33,471 nt of DNA from Catajapyx aquilonaris (Eukaryota): NCBI GenBank assembly GCA_000934665.2, contig JYFJ02004266.1, positions 1 to 33,471 on the forward strand, written 5' to 3'. Position numbers and translations under genes: made by a program. A model generated the notes under the pieces. That model ran no database searches. It was not told the origin of the DNA and saw nothing but the letters and a program-made list of their open reading frames with translations. This document shows positions 33,228 through 33,471 of the stretch, piece after piece (the stretch's first letter is position 1; each line of letters starts with the position of its first letter).

Positions 33228-33471
33228 ATGTTGGAGCTGCAAATACTTCTCGTGTGCTCTGCCTTAATCGCAGTCGAATCATTTGCACACGTCAATGTCT
33301 CCGAGAACTCGAGTGCTGAGGACGAGGCCAGTTGGATGGTGTCCCGCTTGGTGGTGGACACCCTGGCCAGAGAAGACATGCGGCAGTGCGCCCTGGTCCT
33401 GTCCACCGACTCCCAACTGGTGGGGATGAGGGAAGTGTGGCGTCTCCTGAGGGGACAGTCGGACAAGTACA
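33228..33471 (+). CDS. 5' part of a secreted/membrane protein (signal peptide); possibly an ionotropic-receptor-like chemoreceptor; truncated by window end
   Basis: ACCATG Kozak; MLELQILLVCSALIAVESFAHVNVSENSSAEDEASWMVSRLVVDTLAREDMRQCALVLSTDSQLVGMREVWRLLRGQSDKY is open to the edge; hydrophobic leader, NVS/NSS sequons, GC rise. The family call is a weak inference. Confidence 0.6.
   Translation, partial: MLELQILLVCSALIAVESFAHVNVSENSSAEDEASWMVSRLVVDTLAREDMRQCALVLSTDSQLVGMREVWRLLRGQSDKY

Noticed and set aside
32966..33466. 166-aa minus-strand ORF
   Set aside because: Non-ATG start and no recognisable motifs; it overlaps a better plus-strand signal-peptide frame.

Overview
Eukaryotic (invertebrate, probably arthropod-type) genomic DNA with short GT-AG introns. 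It is not prokaryotic, so most six-frame ORFs are exon fragments or noise. 3.0-15.8 kb (+) is a complete multi-exon intersectin gene (EH-EH-coiled coil-5xSH3-DH-PH-C2). It has a short/long isoform switch, four symmetric micro-exons, a duplicated (probably mutually exclusive) C2 exon and an antisense nested orphan ORF in one intron. Convergent with it (21.2-16.6 kb, -) is the most unusual feature: an intact spliced gene fusing a Ty3/Gypsy-type Gag capsid domain, through an acidic linker, to a Vasa/DDX3-like DEAD-box helicase whose catalytic motifs are degenerate (DEAD->VDAS). 21.8-32 kb is non-coding but structured: a degenerate tandem duplication with conserved non-coding exons, Tc1 remnants, MITE-like elements, a ~190-nt hairpin and a ~1.8-kb inverted repeat. 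A 51-bp minisatellite lies near the start, and a signal-peptide CDS begins at the right edge. All homology calls come from motif recognition by eye; no searches were run.
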